Assembly (NCBI GenBank): GCA_035353815.1 | Contig: DAOQAG010000001.1 | Coordinates: 17,159-81,158 of the forward strand | Direction: 5' to 3' | Source: a bacterium | GTDB lineage: Bacteria > Zhuqueibacterota > Zhuqueibacteria > Residuimicrobiales > Residuimicrobiaceae | DNA: 64,000 nucleotides | Shown: in pieces, positions 56,169-64,000 of the stretch | How the letters are laid out: each line of letters opens with the position of its first letter | Numbering within the stretch: position 1 is the first letter of the stretch | Notes under the pieces: model-generated | The model's input: only the letters and a program-made list of their open reading frames with translations | What the model was told of the DNA's origin: nothing | Databases searched by the model: none | Translations under genes and position numbers: made by a program

Positions 56169-56265
56169 CTTTTCTCCCTTTCCTGCCAGCAAATCGCCGC
56201 AGGCCGGATGGAACCACCCGGTCTTCTTTTTCACCAGATCGTACACCCGGACAAAATCGACAAGC

Positions 56266-57081
56266 TCACCGCCTCTCCCCCGCCCGGTTGAGGTCATCCC
56301 GGGTCGTCCGGGCGGCTCTGGCGGCAGCCTCCCGGAAATCCTCTTCGGCTGAGGCGTAGAGGATCGCCCGGCTGGAGTTGAAGAGGGCACCGCGCCCGGC
56401 GCGGCCGGTCCCCAGCCGCACCGAGGCTTCGAGATCCCCGCCTTGCGCGCCGATGCCGGGGATAAGAAAGGGCAGCTCCGGAACCAGCGTGCGGATCGCT
56501 CCGAGCTGCTCCGGCTGCGTCGCCCCCACCACCAGGCCGCAATTGCCCCGCGCATTCCACTGCTGCACCTTCAGGGCAATGGCTTCATATAACGGGCGGC
56601 CGCCGCAGTCGAGGTGCTGAAAATCGCGCGAGCCCGGATTGGAGGTGAGACAGAGAAAAAAGACGCCGCGCGCTTCCTCCTCAAGAAAGGGCGCCACCGA
56701 ATCGCCACCCATCAAAGGATGAACCGTGACCGCATCGGCCCCCAGCTGCCCGAATACGGCGCGCGCGTACATTTTCGAGGTGTTGCCGATATCGCCGCGT
56801 TTGGCATCGGCGATGCGGATGACATCCGCCGGCAGATAGCGAAAGGTTTTTTCGAGCGCCTGCCAACCGGCGAGTCCATGCGCTTCATAAAAGGCGGTAT
56901 TCACCTTGTAGGCCGCCGCGTAGGGGGCCGTGGCATCGATGATCGCCTTGTTGAAGGCAAAGAGGGGATCGGAGTCGTGTTGCAGCTCCGCCGGGATCTT
57001 GTCGACCACGCTGTCCAGACCGACACAGAGCAGGCTCTGCTTCTCCTGGATCACCCGGTCCAGCTTTTCGGAGAAATGCAT
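56266..57081 (-). CDS. pyrF: Orotidine 5'-phosphate decarboxylase (type 2, ~270 aa)
   Basis: 'LLCVGLDSVVDKIP ... DAKRGDIGNTSKMYA' carries the catalytic Lys/Asp motifs of type-2 OMP decarboxylase. Confidence 0.8.
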   Translation of the reverse strand: MHFSEKLDRVIQEKQSLLCVGLDSVVDKIPAELQHDSDPLFAFNKAIIDATAPYAAAYKVNTAFYEAHGLAGWQALEKTFRYLPADVIRIADAKRGDIGNTSKMYARAVFGQLGADAVTVHPLMGGDSVAPFLEEEARGVFFLCLTSNPGSRDFQHLDCGGRPLYEAIALKVQQWNARGNCGLVVGATQPEQLGAIRTLVPELPFLIPGIGAQGGDLEASVRLGTGRAGRGALFNSSRAILYASAEEDFREAAARAARTTRDDLNRAGERR

Positions 57082-57093
57082 CGCCTCTCCTTT

Positions 57094-58407
57094 CTATCCG
57101 TGGATCTTTTTATGGAGAAATCCCGTCAGATCGCCGATCTTCATGCGCTCCTGCTGCATGGTGTCGCGATCGCGCACGGTAACCGTTTCGTTCTCCAGGG
57201 TTTCGGTGTCGACCGTAATGCAGAAGGGCGTGCCGATTTCGTCCTGGCGGCGATAGCGGCGGCCGACAGCGGCACTCTCATCATAATAGACGGCAAAATA
57301 GGGCTGCAGCATCGCCTCGATCTGGTGAGCCACCTCGGGCATGCCATCCTTTTTGACCAGCGGAAAGATACCGGCCTTCACCGGAGCGATGGCCGGATGG
57401 AAATGAAGCACCGTGCGCGTGTCCTTCTCCAGCACCTGTTCCTCGAAGGCATCGCAGAGGAGGCAGAGCATGGTGCGGTCGACGCCGGCCGAGGTTTCGA
57501 TGATGAAGGGGACGTAGCGCTCGCGCGTCACCTCATCGAAGTAGCTGAGATCGACGCCCGAGTATTCCTGATGGCGCTTGAGATCAAAATCGGTGCGGTT
57601 ATGGATCCCTTCGAGTTCCTTCCAGCCGAAGGGGAATTCGTACTGGATATCAAAGGCCGCGGCAGCGTAATGCGCCAGTTCATCGGCACCATGCTGATGA
57701 AAGCGCGTTTTGTCCGGATTGATGCCGAGAGCCGCATAATAGGCCTGGCGGTCCTGCTTCCAGGTTTCGAACCACTCCATGTCCGTGCCCGGCTTGACGA
57801 AGTATTGCATCTCCATCTGCTCGAACTCCCGGGTGCGGAAGATGAAATTCTCGGTCGTGATCTCGTTGCGGAAGGCCTTGCCGATCTGGCCGATGCCGAA
57901 GGGCACCTTGAGACGGCTGGAGTCGAGGACGTTCTGGTAGTTGACATAAATGCCCTGGGCTGTTTCGGGGCGCAGGTAGACCACACTGGCGCTGTCCTCG
58001 ACCGGTCCCATGAAGGTTTTGAACATCAAATTGAACTGGCGGATATCGGTCATCTGCCCGCCGCATTCGGGGCACTTGCCGGGATCAGGGACCATATCGG
58101 CGCGGAAACGTCGTTTGCAGACCTTGCAATCGACCATCGGATCGGTAAAGCCGGCGACATGGCCCGAGGCCTCCCAGACCTTGGGCGCCATGAGGATGGA
58201 GGCATCCAGGCCGACCACATCGCGGCGGCGGCGCACCATCCAGTGCCACCAGAAATCCTTGACATTGCGCTTCAATTCAACCCCGAGAGGGCCGTAATCA
58301 TAGCAGGCATTGAGGCCGCCGTAAATCTCGCTTGACTGAAAGATAAAACCGCGGCGGCGGCACAGGGAGATGATTTTATCCAGGGTGTTGGGGGTCGGAT
58401 TGGCCAT
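57094..58407 (-). CDS. glyQS: Glycine--tRNA ligase (dimeric alpha2 GlyQS type)
   Basis: From the Met at 58407: 'MANPTPNTLDKIISLCRRRGFIFQSSEIYGGLNACYDYGPLGVELKRNVKDFWW', then class II motifs and the anticodon-binding domain. The ORF's 182-codon upstream extension is spurious. Confidence 0.85.
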   Translation of the reverse strand: MANPTPNTLDKIISLCRRRGFIFQSSEIYGGLNACYDYGPLGVELKRNVKDFWWHWMVRRRRDVVGLDASILMAPKVWEASGHVAGFTDPMVDCKVCKRRFRADMVPDPGKCPECGGQMTDIRQFNLMFKTFMGPVEDSASVVYLRPETAQGIYVNYQNVLDSSRLKVPFGIGQIGKAFRNEITTENFIFRTREFEQMEMQYFVKPGTDMEWFETWKQDRQAYYAALGINPDKTRFHQHGADELAHYAAAAFDIQYEFPFGWKELEGIHNRTDFDLKRHQEYSGVDLSYFDEVTRERYVPFIIETSAGVDRTMLCLLCDAFEEQVLEKDTRTVLHFHPAIAPVKAGIFPLVKKDGMPEVAHQIEAMLQPYFAVYYDESAAVGRRYRRQDEIGTPFCITVDTETLENETVTVRDRDTMQQERMKIGDLTGFLHKKIHG

Positions 58408-59206
58408 ATTCTTGTCCTTGTTCTTCCTCGTTGGATTTTTGCAAATGGGTCTGTAATTTTTCCAGATAGGCGACGCTGCGCAGAAAACGCAGCGGCTCGA
58501 GATGCCAGCGCATGTTGGCCAGCAGGAACTGATCGAGTTCCCGTCCAAGCTCCGGATCGATGCGCAGGCGCACACTTTTTTCCAGGCCGGCATGACCGAG
58601 ATAATGGAGGGCCTGAAGCGCCCGTCGCGAGAGCGGCTGCCCCTCCCCGGCCATCCCCTCGCAATCGCCACAGCGGTAGCCGCCGCTGCTGTAATCGAAA
58701 AACTGCCGCTCACGCAGCTTTTCCTCCCGGCAGCCCAGGCACAACCGGTACTCCCCCCGAAAACCGGAAAGATCCAGATAGCGGAGCATGAAGGCGCGGA
58801 CGATCTGGCGCTGTCCGTGCTCCACTTCGTCCAGCAGCAGCAGACTCTCCAGCAGGAGGCGGAAGAGCGCCGGATTGGGATGCGCAACCGCCTCGTTGCG
58901 TTCGACGATCTCGCAGGGAATCGCCGCCAGGGCCATTCTCCCAAGCTCACCATGGAGCCCGGGGAAGGGATGCACCGCCTCCGCCTGGCTGAGATACTGC
59001 AAGTCCCGCGTTTCGTACCGGTAAAAAACGATCTGGATATGGGTCAGCGGCTCGAGCACACCGCTGTAACGCGATTTAAGGCTGCGCGCCCCCTTGGCCA
59101 TCACGCTCAGGCGGCCGTAATGCAGGGTATAGAGCGAGAGGATTTTACTGGTCTCCCCCTGCTTTCGCGTGTGCAGCACGATGGCCTCGGTCTTGCTCAG
59201 GGGCAT
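58376..59206 (-). CDS. recO: DNA repair protein RecO
   Basis: OB-fold N-terminus 'AIVLHTRKQGETSKILSLYTLHYGRLSVMAKGA' and zinc finger 'CLGC ... CGDC'. The 3' end overlaps the glyQS start by about 30 nt. Confidence 0.75.
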   Translation of the reverse strand: MPLSKTEAIVLHTRKQGETSKILSLYTLHYGRLSVMAKGARSLKSRYSGVLEPLTHIQIVFYRYETRDLQYLSQAEAVHPFPGLHGELGRMALAAIPCEIVERNEAVAHPNPALFRLLLESLLLLDEVEHGQRQIVRAFMLRYLDLSGFRGEYRLCLGCREEKLRERQFFDYSSGGYRCGDCEGMAGEGQPLSRRALQALHYLGHAGLEKSVRLRIDPELGRELDQFLLANMRWHLEPLRFLRSVAYLEKLQTHLQKSNEEEQGQEYGQSDPQHPG

Positions 59207-59216
59207 GGCAGCGGCC

Positions 59217-60014
59217 TCACACAGTCTGTGCTGGCGTCACGTCCACGAGGGCGTTGGCCATGGCGATCCAGTCGCCCACCCCGAGATCCTCCGGCCGTCG
59301 CGTGAGGTCGAAGGCCGCCAGAGCCTCGAGCGCAAAGCGGTCACGCAAGGACTTGCGCAACATCTTGCGGCGCTGCCCGAAGGCTGTCCGCACCAGACGG
59401 CGGTAGAGGGCTTCGTCGCGCAGATCGCGCGTATGGCGGTCGGAAAAGCGCCAGCGCACCAGAGCGGAATCGACCTTGGGACGGGGCTTGAAAACCGTCC
59501 GCGGCACATCCAGGAGTATCTCCGCATCGGCAAAGGTGCGGCTGAAAACCGAGAGGATGCCATACTCCGGATCGCCGGCAGCGGCGACGATCCGCTCGGC
59601 CACCTCCCGCTGCATCAGCAGGGCCATGTCGACCAGATTGCGGCGCCGGTCAAAAAAGTGAAAGATGATCTGCGAGGTGATATAGTATGGAATATTGCCC
59701 ACCACGCGCAAGGGAAGATCCCTGGAGAGCGTCATGGGCTCCATGTCGAGAATATCGCCCTCCACCAGCCGGAAGTTGGCCCTGCCAAAGAATTTCACAC
59801 GCAGGATCGCGGCGAGCTGCCGGTCGATTTCGACCGCCACCAGCTGCCCGACGCGCGGCTGCAACAGCTCCGTGAGCAGGCCGGTGCCCGGTCCGATTTC
59901 CAGCACGGTATCCTCGGGCCCGAGCGCCAGGGCATCGGCGATGTTGCGCAAGACGTTGCCATCGACCAGAAAATTCTGACCAAGACTCTTTTTAGGGCGG
60001 ATGGGGTAGCTCAT
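59217..60014 (-). CDS. rsmA: 16S rRNA (adenine1518/1519-N6)-dimethyltransferase RsmA/KsgA
   Basis: From the Met at 60014: 'MSYPIRPKKSLGQNFLVDGNVLRNIADALALGPEDTVLEIGPGTGLLTELL'. Confidence 0.85.
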   Translation of the reverse strand: MSYPIRPKKSLGQNFLVDGNVLRNIADALALGPEDTVLEIGPGTGLLTELLQPRVGQLVAVEIDRQLAAILRVKFFGRANFRLVEGDILDMEPMTLSRDLPLRVVGNIPYYITSQIIFHFFDRRRNLVDMALLMQREVAERIVAAAGDPEYGILSVFSRTFADAEILLDVPRTVFKPRPKVDSALVRWRFSDRHTRDLRDEALYRRLVRTAFGQRRKMLRKSLRDRFALEALAAFDLTRRPEDLGVGDWIAMANALVDVTPAQTV

Positions 60015-60146
60015 GCCGCGGACCGGTTTTTGGTGACCATTGCCTATAACATAGGAGAATTTAAGCAAAAAAACCACTCTTTTTATGCGCCGCAGCCGCC
60101 GCGCGTGACCATCCGGTGCCCGGCTGCAGTCGCGGCGCAGCGGTTA

Positions 60147-60300
60147 CATCCCCGGCGTTTGTTCATCGGCCCGGTTCGATCCCCTCCCTTGCCGAAAGGG
60201 GTATGCAGGCCGTTGCGATGTCTTCCCCGGCATTTGTTCATTCGCCGGCGCGATCCCCTCCCTTGCCGAAAAAAGTATGCCGGGCAGTGGCGATTTCATC
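60147..60300. repeat. Two imperfect ~75-bp direct repeats (about 80% identity) in the intergenic region upstream of the lamin-tail-domain gene
   Basis: 'CCCGGCGTTTGTTCATCGGCCCGGTTCGATCCCCTCCCTTGCCGAAAGGGGTATGCAGGCCGTTGCGATGTCTTCCCC' versus 'GGCATTTGTTCATTCGCCGGCGCGATCCCCTCCCTTGCCGAAAAAAGTATGCCGGGCAGTGGCGATTTCATCCC'. Confidence 0.6.
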
Positions 60301-60336
60301 CCTTGATTTTATGCGCGCGGATGCTGATATTACAGT

Positions 60337-61212
60337 ATGAAGATCTCCGCCGCACACCTGATTTTGGCCCTGATGGCGCCGGCAGCGCTCCTGGCGCAGC
60401 CGGTCGTCATCAACGAGGTCGCCTGGATGGGCACCCGCGCCAGCGCCAGTGACGAATGGATCGAACTCTGCAACACCACCCCGGCCGCTGTCGATTTGCA
60501 GGGCTGGCATCTGGTGGCCGCCGACGGCGCCCCGGCCATCGCGCTCCGCGGCGTCATCCCGGCCGGCGGCTTTTTTGTGCTTGAGCGGACCGATGACCAG
60601 ACCATCGCCGACCGGCCCGCAGACCAGCTGTTCACCGGTGACCTCAAAAACAGCGGGGAATGGCTGATGCTGCGCGACACCGACTCTGTGCTGGTCGACC
60701 AGGTACGCTGCGATTCAAGCGGCTGGTTTGCCGGCAGCAACACTACCAAAACCAGCATGGAAAAAAAACACCCCGGCATTGATGCCATGCAGCCGGAGAG
60801 CTGGGCGGCCAACGACACCCTGACGCGCAACGGCCAGGATGCCCGGGGATGGCCCATCAACGGCACCCCCGGTGCGGTTAACAGCGCCTACGATCATGCC
60901 CTCCCGGCCGGCCGCAACGACCGCCGCTCGCCCGCCCGCCTGGCGGCGGCCTCCAGCTCTCTGGCTGCCTGGCCCAATCCCTTCAATCCCGACACCATGC
61001 TGGAATGGAACTCCCCTGATGCGGGAGTGATCGAGATCCTCGATCTGCGTGGATGCAGCGTGCGCTCCTGGATCACCCGGCGCGGCCACACCCGCGTTTT
61101 TTGGGATGGCTGCGACTGCAACGGCCGACCGGTGGCATCAGGGATCTATATCTGCCGCCTCCGCCGTGATAACGGCATCGCCGCCTCACTGCGGCTCGTC
61201 CGCCTCCGCTAA
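60337..61212 (+). CDS. Secreted protein with a lamin-tail domain (LTD) and a T9SS C-terminal sorting domain
   Basis: LTD 'VVINEVAWMGTRASASDEWIELCNTTPAAVDLQGWHLV ... GGFFVLER' and CTD 'AAWPNPFNPDTMLEWNSPDAGVIEILDLRGCSVRSW ... SGIYICRL ... LRLVRLR'. Confidence 0.65.
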   Translation: MKISAAHLILALMAPAALLAQPVVINEVAWMGTRASASDEWIELCNTTPAAVDLQGWHLVAADGAPAIALRGVIPAGGFFVLERTDDQTIADRPADQLFTGDLKNSGEWLMLRDTDSVLVDQVRCDSSGWFAGSNTTKTSMEKKHPGIDAMQPESWAANDTLTRNGQDARGWPINGTPGAVNSAYDHALPAGRNDRRSPARLAAASSSLAAWPNPFNPDTMLEWNSPDAGVIEILDLRGCSVRSWITRRGHTRVFWDGCDCNGRPVASGIYICRLRRDNGIAASLRLVRLR

Positions 61213-61322
61213 AGCGCGGGCCCACGCCCGCCGCTGTGCAGAATGAGATTGATTTTTTCCGCGCAAAATTCTAGATTACAGTATCCAAAACCGGGGGCAT
61301 AGAGCTGTCTTGAGGAGGCTGG

Positions 61323-62051
61323 ATGAAACACTACATCCTTTTCATCGTACTGAGCCTGCTGTGCACAGCAGGCGGGAGTAATGCCATGTTCCAGAGCGAT
61401 ACCCTTGCGGCAGCCAAAGGCCCGATCGTTTTAACCTTCATTGGCCATGGCAGCCTCATGATTCAGTTCGGCAAAATGGTGACCTATATCGATCCGGTTT
61501 CGGAGTATGCCGATTATGCCCGCATGCCCCGGGCGGACCTGATCCTGGTCACCCACGCCCACTCCGACCATCTCGATCCCAAAGCAATCCGGCAGCTCCG
61601 GCAGCCCGCCACCCGGATGGTCGCCGCACCGGTGTGCCATGACCTCCTCCCCGAAGCCGACTTGCTGCGTAACGGCGAGAACCTCCGCATCGGGGAACTC
61701 GAAATCTTGGCGGTGCCGGCCTACAATCTTCTCCACAAGCGTCCCGACCAGCAGCCTTTTCACCCCAAAGGCGAGGGCAACGGGTATCTCCTGCACTTCG
61801 GCGGCAAGAGCATCTACGTCGCCGGCGACACCGAAAACATTCCGGAAATGAAAGCCCTCAAGGGCATCGATGTCGCCTTCCTGCCAATGAACCTGCCCTA
61901 TACCATGACCCCGGAAATGGTAGCGGATGCAGCCCGGGCCTTTCAGCCGCTGATCCTCTATCCCTATCATTACGGGAATACCGATGTCCGCAAGCTGACC
62001 GAGCTGCTCAAGGGTGAAAAAATCGAGGTACGCATTCGCGAGCTGCACTGA
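61323..62051 (+). CDS. Secreted MBL-fold metallo-hydrolase
   Basis: Signal 'MKHYILFIVLSLLCTAGGSNA' and the metal-binding motif 'LILVTHAHSDHLD'. Confidence 0.75.
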   Translation: MKHYILFIVLSLLCTAGGSNAMFQSDTLAAAKGPIVLTFIGHGSLMIQFGKMVTYIDPVSEYADYARMPRADLILVTHAHSDHLDPKAIRQLRQPATRMVAAPVCHDLLPEADLLRNGENLRIGELEILAVPAYNLLHKRPDQQPFHPKGEGNGYLLHFGGKSIYVAGDTENIPEMKALKGIDVAFLPMNLPYTMTPEMVADAARAFQPLILYPYHYGNTDVRKLTELLKGEKIEVRIRELH

Positions 62052-62221
62052 CGATCCCCGGAAGAATTGCCGGTGGCGCGGGTGAGGTGAAGAGAGGGGA
62101 TGGGGATTCACAAGCGGCAGGGCAGAAAGGCCTTAAAATAGGAATGGGCTCCTTGCAGAGCCCATTCCTGAAGCAGGGAGCGTTGCCGGATCCACCCCGC
62201 GAGGGGGCCGGCAGGCTGGCA

Positions 62222-63169
62222 TCAGTAAACGCTGGCCGCCGCAAAACCTACCTTGCTGATACCGTATTTGATACGCATATAGCCGGCTTCCCCCCAGCCG
62301 GTCCCCCAGCTGTTGCGCAAGATCCAGGCCCCCGCCGCATCATCCCAGCCGACCAGCAGAATGGCGTGGTTGACGCTTTTATCCGCCGAGCAGCTGAATC
62401 CTCCTCCTTTGGCCTCTTCCTTGTCAAAAACCCCGCCGGTATAGGCCTGAAAGTAGGGACCGACATAGACGGCAGCCGCCACCGGCCCGATCTGATAGAT
62501 GGCCTCTTTGATCTTTTGCGTGTTCGCGATCTGGTTATCCCCGTCGACATACGCCCAGCCGCTCGCCTGGTAGGCATAGGTCAGTCCGGACGGGCAGGGG
62601 ACGTCAGAAGCGACATAGGGGAAAAGGGATTCCAACACCGCGCCGGGGCTGATCAGCATGTCAAAGGCCCACCAGCCGCCGCCACAGCCATATCCCAGGC
62701 TGTTGCAGGAGACCAGATATTGCTCCGAGAGGTCGGCGGTCACGCCGTTCCTAGCCAGGAGGAAGCATTCAAAACCACCGGCGCTGCCAAAGGCCCAGCA
62801 GCTGCCGCAATTCCCCTGATCGCGGATCGCTGTCACCCCGTTGTGATCGCGCCAGTCCCAGGAAGCCGGCAGGGATACCGCCGCCTTTAATCTGGCCGGA
62901 GCCAGTTTGGTCAGATTCTTGTCCCTGGCCGTTTTCCACCATTCCATCGGCGGTTTGGCACCGCACAATTGCGCGATCGTACGCGTCATGGCACTATTGT
63001 AGCCGACCTGGAATGAGAGCTTTTGTTTGGTAATGTCTTCTCGCATCCGCTGCAGCTGCTGGCGCATCGCTGGAAGAGCCTGGCTCTCGTCAAGACCCTG
63101 CGCCTGAACTCCGGCGCCGATCAACAGCAGAGCAAGGCCCAGCAGCACGAACAATCTCTTCATAGCCAC
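62222..63169 (-). CDS. Secreted papain-family (C1A) cysteine peptidase
   Basis: Signal 'MAMKRLFVLLGLALLLIGAGVQA', active-site Cys 'DQGNCGSCWAFGSAG', and a His region '...AVNHAILLVGWDDAAGAWILRNSWGTGWGEAGY'. Confidence 0.85.
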   Translation of the reverse strand: MAMKRLFVLLGLALLLIGAGVQAQGLDESQALPAMRQQLQRMREDITKQKLSFQVGYNSAMTRTIAQLCGAKPPMEWWKTARDKNLTKLAPARLKAAVSLPASWDWRDHNGVTAIRDQGNCGSCWAFGSAGGFECFLLARNGVTADLSEQYLVSCNSLGYGCGGGWWAFDMLISPGAVLESLFPYVASDVPCPSGLTYAYQASGWAYVDGDNQIANTQKIKEAIYQIGPVAAAVYVGPYFQAYTGGVFDKEEAKGGGFSCSADKSVNHAILLVGWDDAAGAWILRNSWGTGWGEAGYMRIKYGISKVGFAAASVY

Positions 63170-63212
63170 CTCCCTTGTTGCATTTCACATGCTGCACCAT
63201 TTCCAGGAAGAT

Positions 63213-63599
63213 TTAGTTGTGGATGACCAGGGTGACGGAAAAGGTTTTGGCGGGTGCGGCATCCCTCTCCCAAGGACGCCGGTATTCCATGATCAGGGGC
63301 GTCCGGCCAGTGGCCATCGCCTGGAAATGGAAAAACTGCTTGCCCGGGGCGCCGAGACGCTCACGCTCCCCGGGAATGAACTCCTCGCGCAGCAGCCGGA
63401 CATGCGCGGTATCGTGCTTGTCTACTTGCCAGGAGAAGCCCGTCGATGGATTGCTCTCGAGCTCGACGACAAATTCCTGACGTACCTGACATTTGAACAG
63501 TTTGCCCTGATCTTCGCGGGTAAGCAGGTTCGCTGGCGGATTCTGGGAGCAGGTCAGCAGGATCATGCCGATGCAGAGCCAGGTCTCGATGAAGATCAT
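63213..63599 (-). CDS. Chagasin-family (I42) cysteine-peptidase inhibitor with an N-terminal signal/anchor
   Basis: From the Met at 63599: 'MIFIETWLCIGMILLTCS ... VVELESNPSTGFSWQV ... FHFQAMATGRTPL' carries the chagasin 'NPTTG(Y/F)xW' loop motif. It lies directly upstream of the C1 peptidase gene. Confidence 0.7.
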   Translation of the reverse strand: MIFIETWLCIGMILLTCSQNPPANLLTREDQGKLFKCQVRQEFVVELESNPSTGFSWQVDKHDTAHVRLLREEFIPGERERLGAPGKQFFHFQAMATGRTPLIMEYRRPWERDAAPAKTFSVTLVIHN

Positions 63600-63803
63600 C
63601 GCTACCCTCCCTTGTGGATTGAACTGGAGGGCGAGGCCGCCCTTCAAGGAAGTGTATCATTATTTTGCATGAAATGCAAGCAAAATCACGCTATTTCGTT
63701 GCGGCTGCGGCGAAAGTGTGATGCAGATCCAACATTGCTTTTTATCTGTCGGGATCGTACATTCTCCCAGCCCAAGACCCCAGTTACTGCGAAAAGGAAC
63801 CCC

Positions 63804-64000
63804 ATGAAACGGATCGCCCCGTCTATCCTCCTCCTGCTGTGGACCCTCCTGCCCCCTGGCGCGCACGGCCAGATCAACATGGAGCGCTTCCGCCGCGCGA
63901 CGCCCAACCGGGGATTCGAGGGCAACCTCGACCTCGATCTTACGATCATGACCGGTAATACCGACTTCCGCATGATCGGACTCAACAGCCGCTTCAACTA
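63804..64000 (+). CDS. Secreted hypothetical protein, N-terminal fragment (runs off the window end)
   Basis: ATG at 63804: 'MKRIAPSILLLLWTLLPPGAHGQINMERFRRATPNRGFEGNLDLDL...'. The signal peptide is clear. It is absent from the ORF track because it has no stop codon in the window. Confidence 0.4.
   Translation, partial: MKRIAPSILLLLWTLLPPGAHGQINMERFRRATPNRGFEGNLDLDLTIMTGNTDFRMIGLNSRFN

Noticed and set aside
56169-56555. Upstream 129 codons of the pyrE ORF, and likewise 58408..58953 of the glyQS ORF and 38063..38278 of the transporter 2 ORF
   Set aside because: These are Arg/Pro/Trp-rich extensions without RBSs. Conserved protein N-termini with RBSs start at the internal Met codons.
56614-58335. 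573-aa plus-strand ORF
   Set aside because: It is antisense to pyrF/glyQS.
60160-60195. tRNA-like T-arm motif 'GGTTCGATCCCCTCC'
   Set aside because: No acceptor stem or anticodon arm can be drawn, and the motif is part of the ~75-bp direct repeat. It is not a tRNA or tRNA fragment.

Overview
This is a ~64 kb, high-GC (roughly 65%) bacterial chromosomal segment. The short (~290 aa) sigma-A-like sigma factors, the SusC-like TonB-dependent transporters and the many proteins ending in a type IX secretion system (T9SS) C-terminal sorting domain (CTD) ('(Y/V)PNP(F/Y)N ... K-x-x-x-K/R' end) point to a Fibrobacteres-Chlorobi-Bacteroidetes (FCB) superphylum organism; the high GC is atypical for Bacteroidetes, so a different FCB lineage is likely (inference). 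Because of the GC content the ORF track is full of long spurious antisense ORFs, and I resolved each pair in favour of the strand with recognisable protein families and ribosome-binding sites (RBS). The flanks are ordinary housekeeping genes: rlmN (partial), moxR-DUF58, an RpoD-like sigma factor, an M23 peptidase, suhB-like, mutS2-cvpA, yqeY, rpsU, rluD, ltaE, a second RpoD-like sigma factor, and a ksgA-recO-glyQS-pyrF-pyrE string. The centre (17.8-48.7 kb) is a ~31 kb run of 16 genes on the minus strand with at least two internal rho-independent terminators. From its upstream end it contains three cassettes of a SusC-like TonB-dependent transporter immediately followed by a ~700-aa non-SusD partner that ends in a T9SS CTD; two of these cassettes are a recent tandem duplicate. 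It also contains T9SS cargo proteins (a GHL10 glycoside-hydrolase-like/Big_5 protein and a protein with CBM-like repeats), a FadL/PorV-like outer-membrane barrel, a GT9 heptosyltransferase, a sigma-54-dependent two-component system, and a tetrahaem cytochrome c followed by an 11-haem-c/dihaem-b fusion cytochrome resembling Geobacter CbcL. Other notable items are a PHP-phosphoesterase domain fused to a UvrD-like helicase, preceded by three 67-bp tandem repeats carrying a CCGGCA/TGCCGG palindrome; a papain-like protease/chagasin-like inhibitor operon; a lamin-tail-domain T9SS cargo protein; and a partial duplication of the mutS2 3' end. I found no rRNA, tRNA, CRISPR or obvious mobile element.
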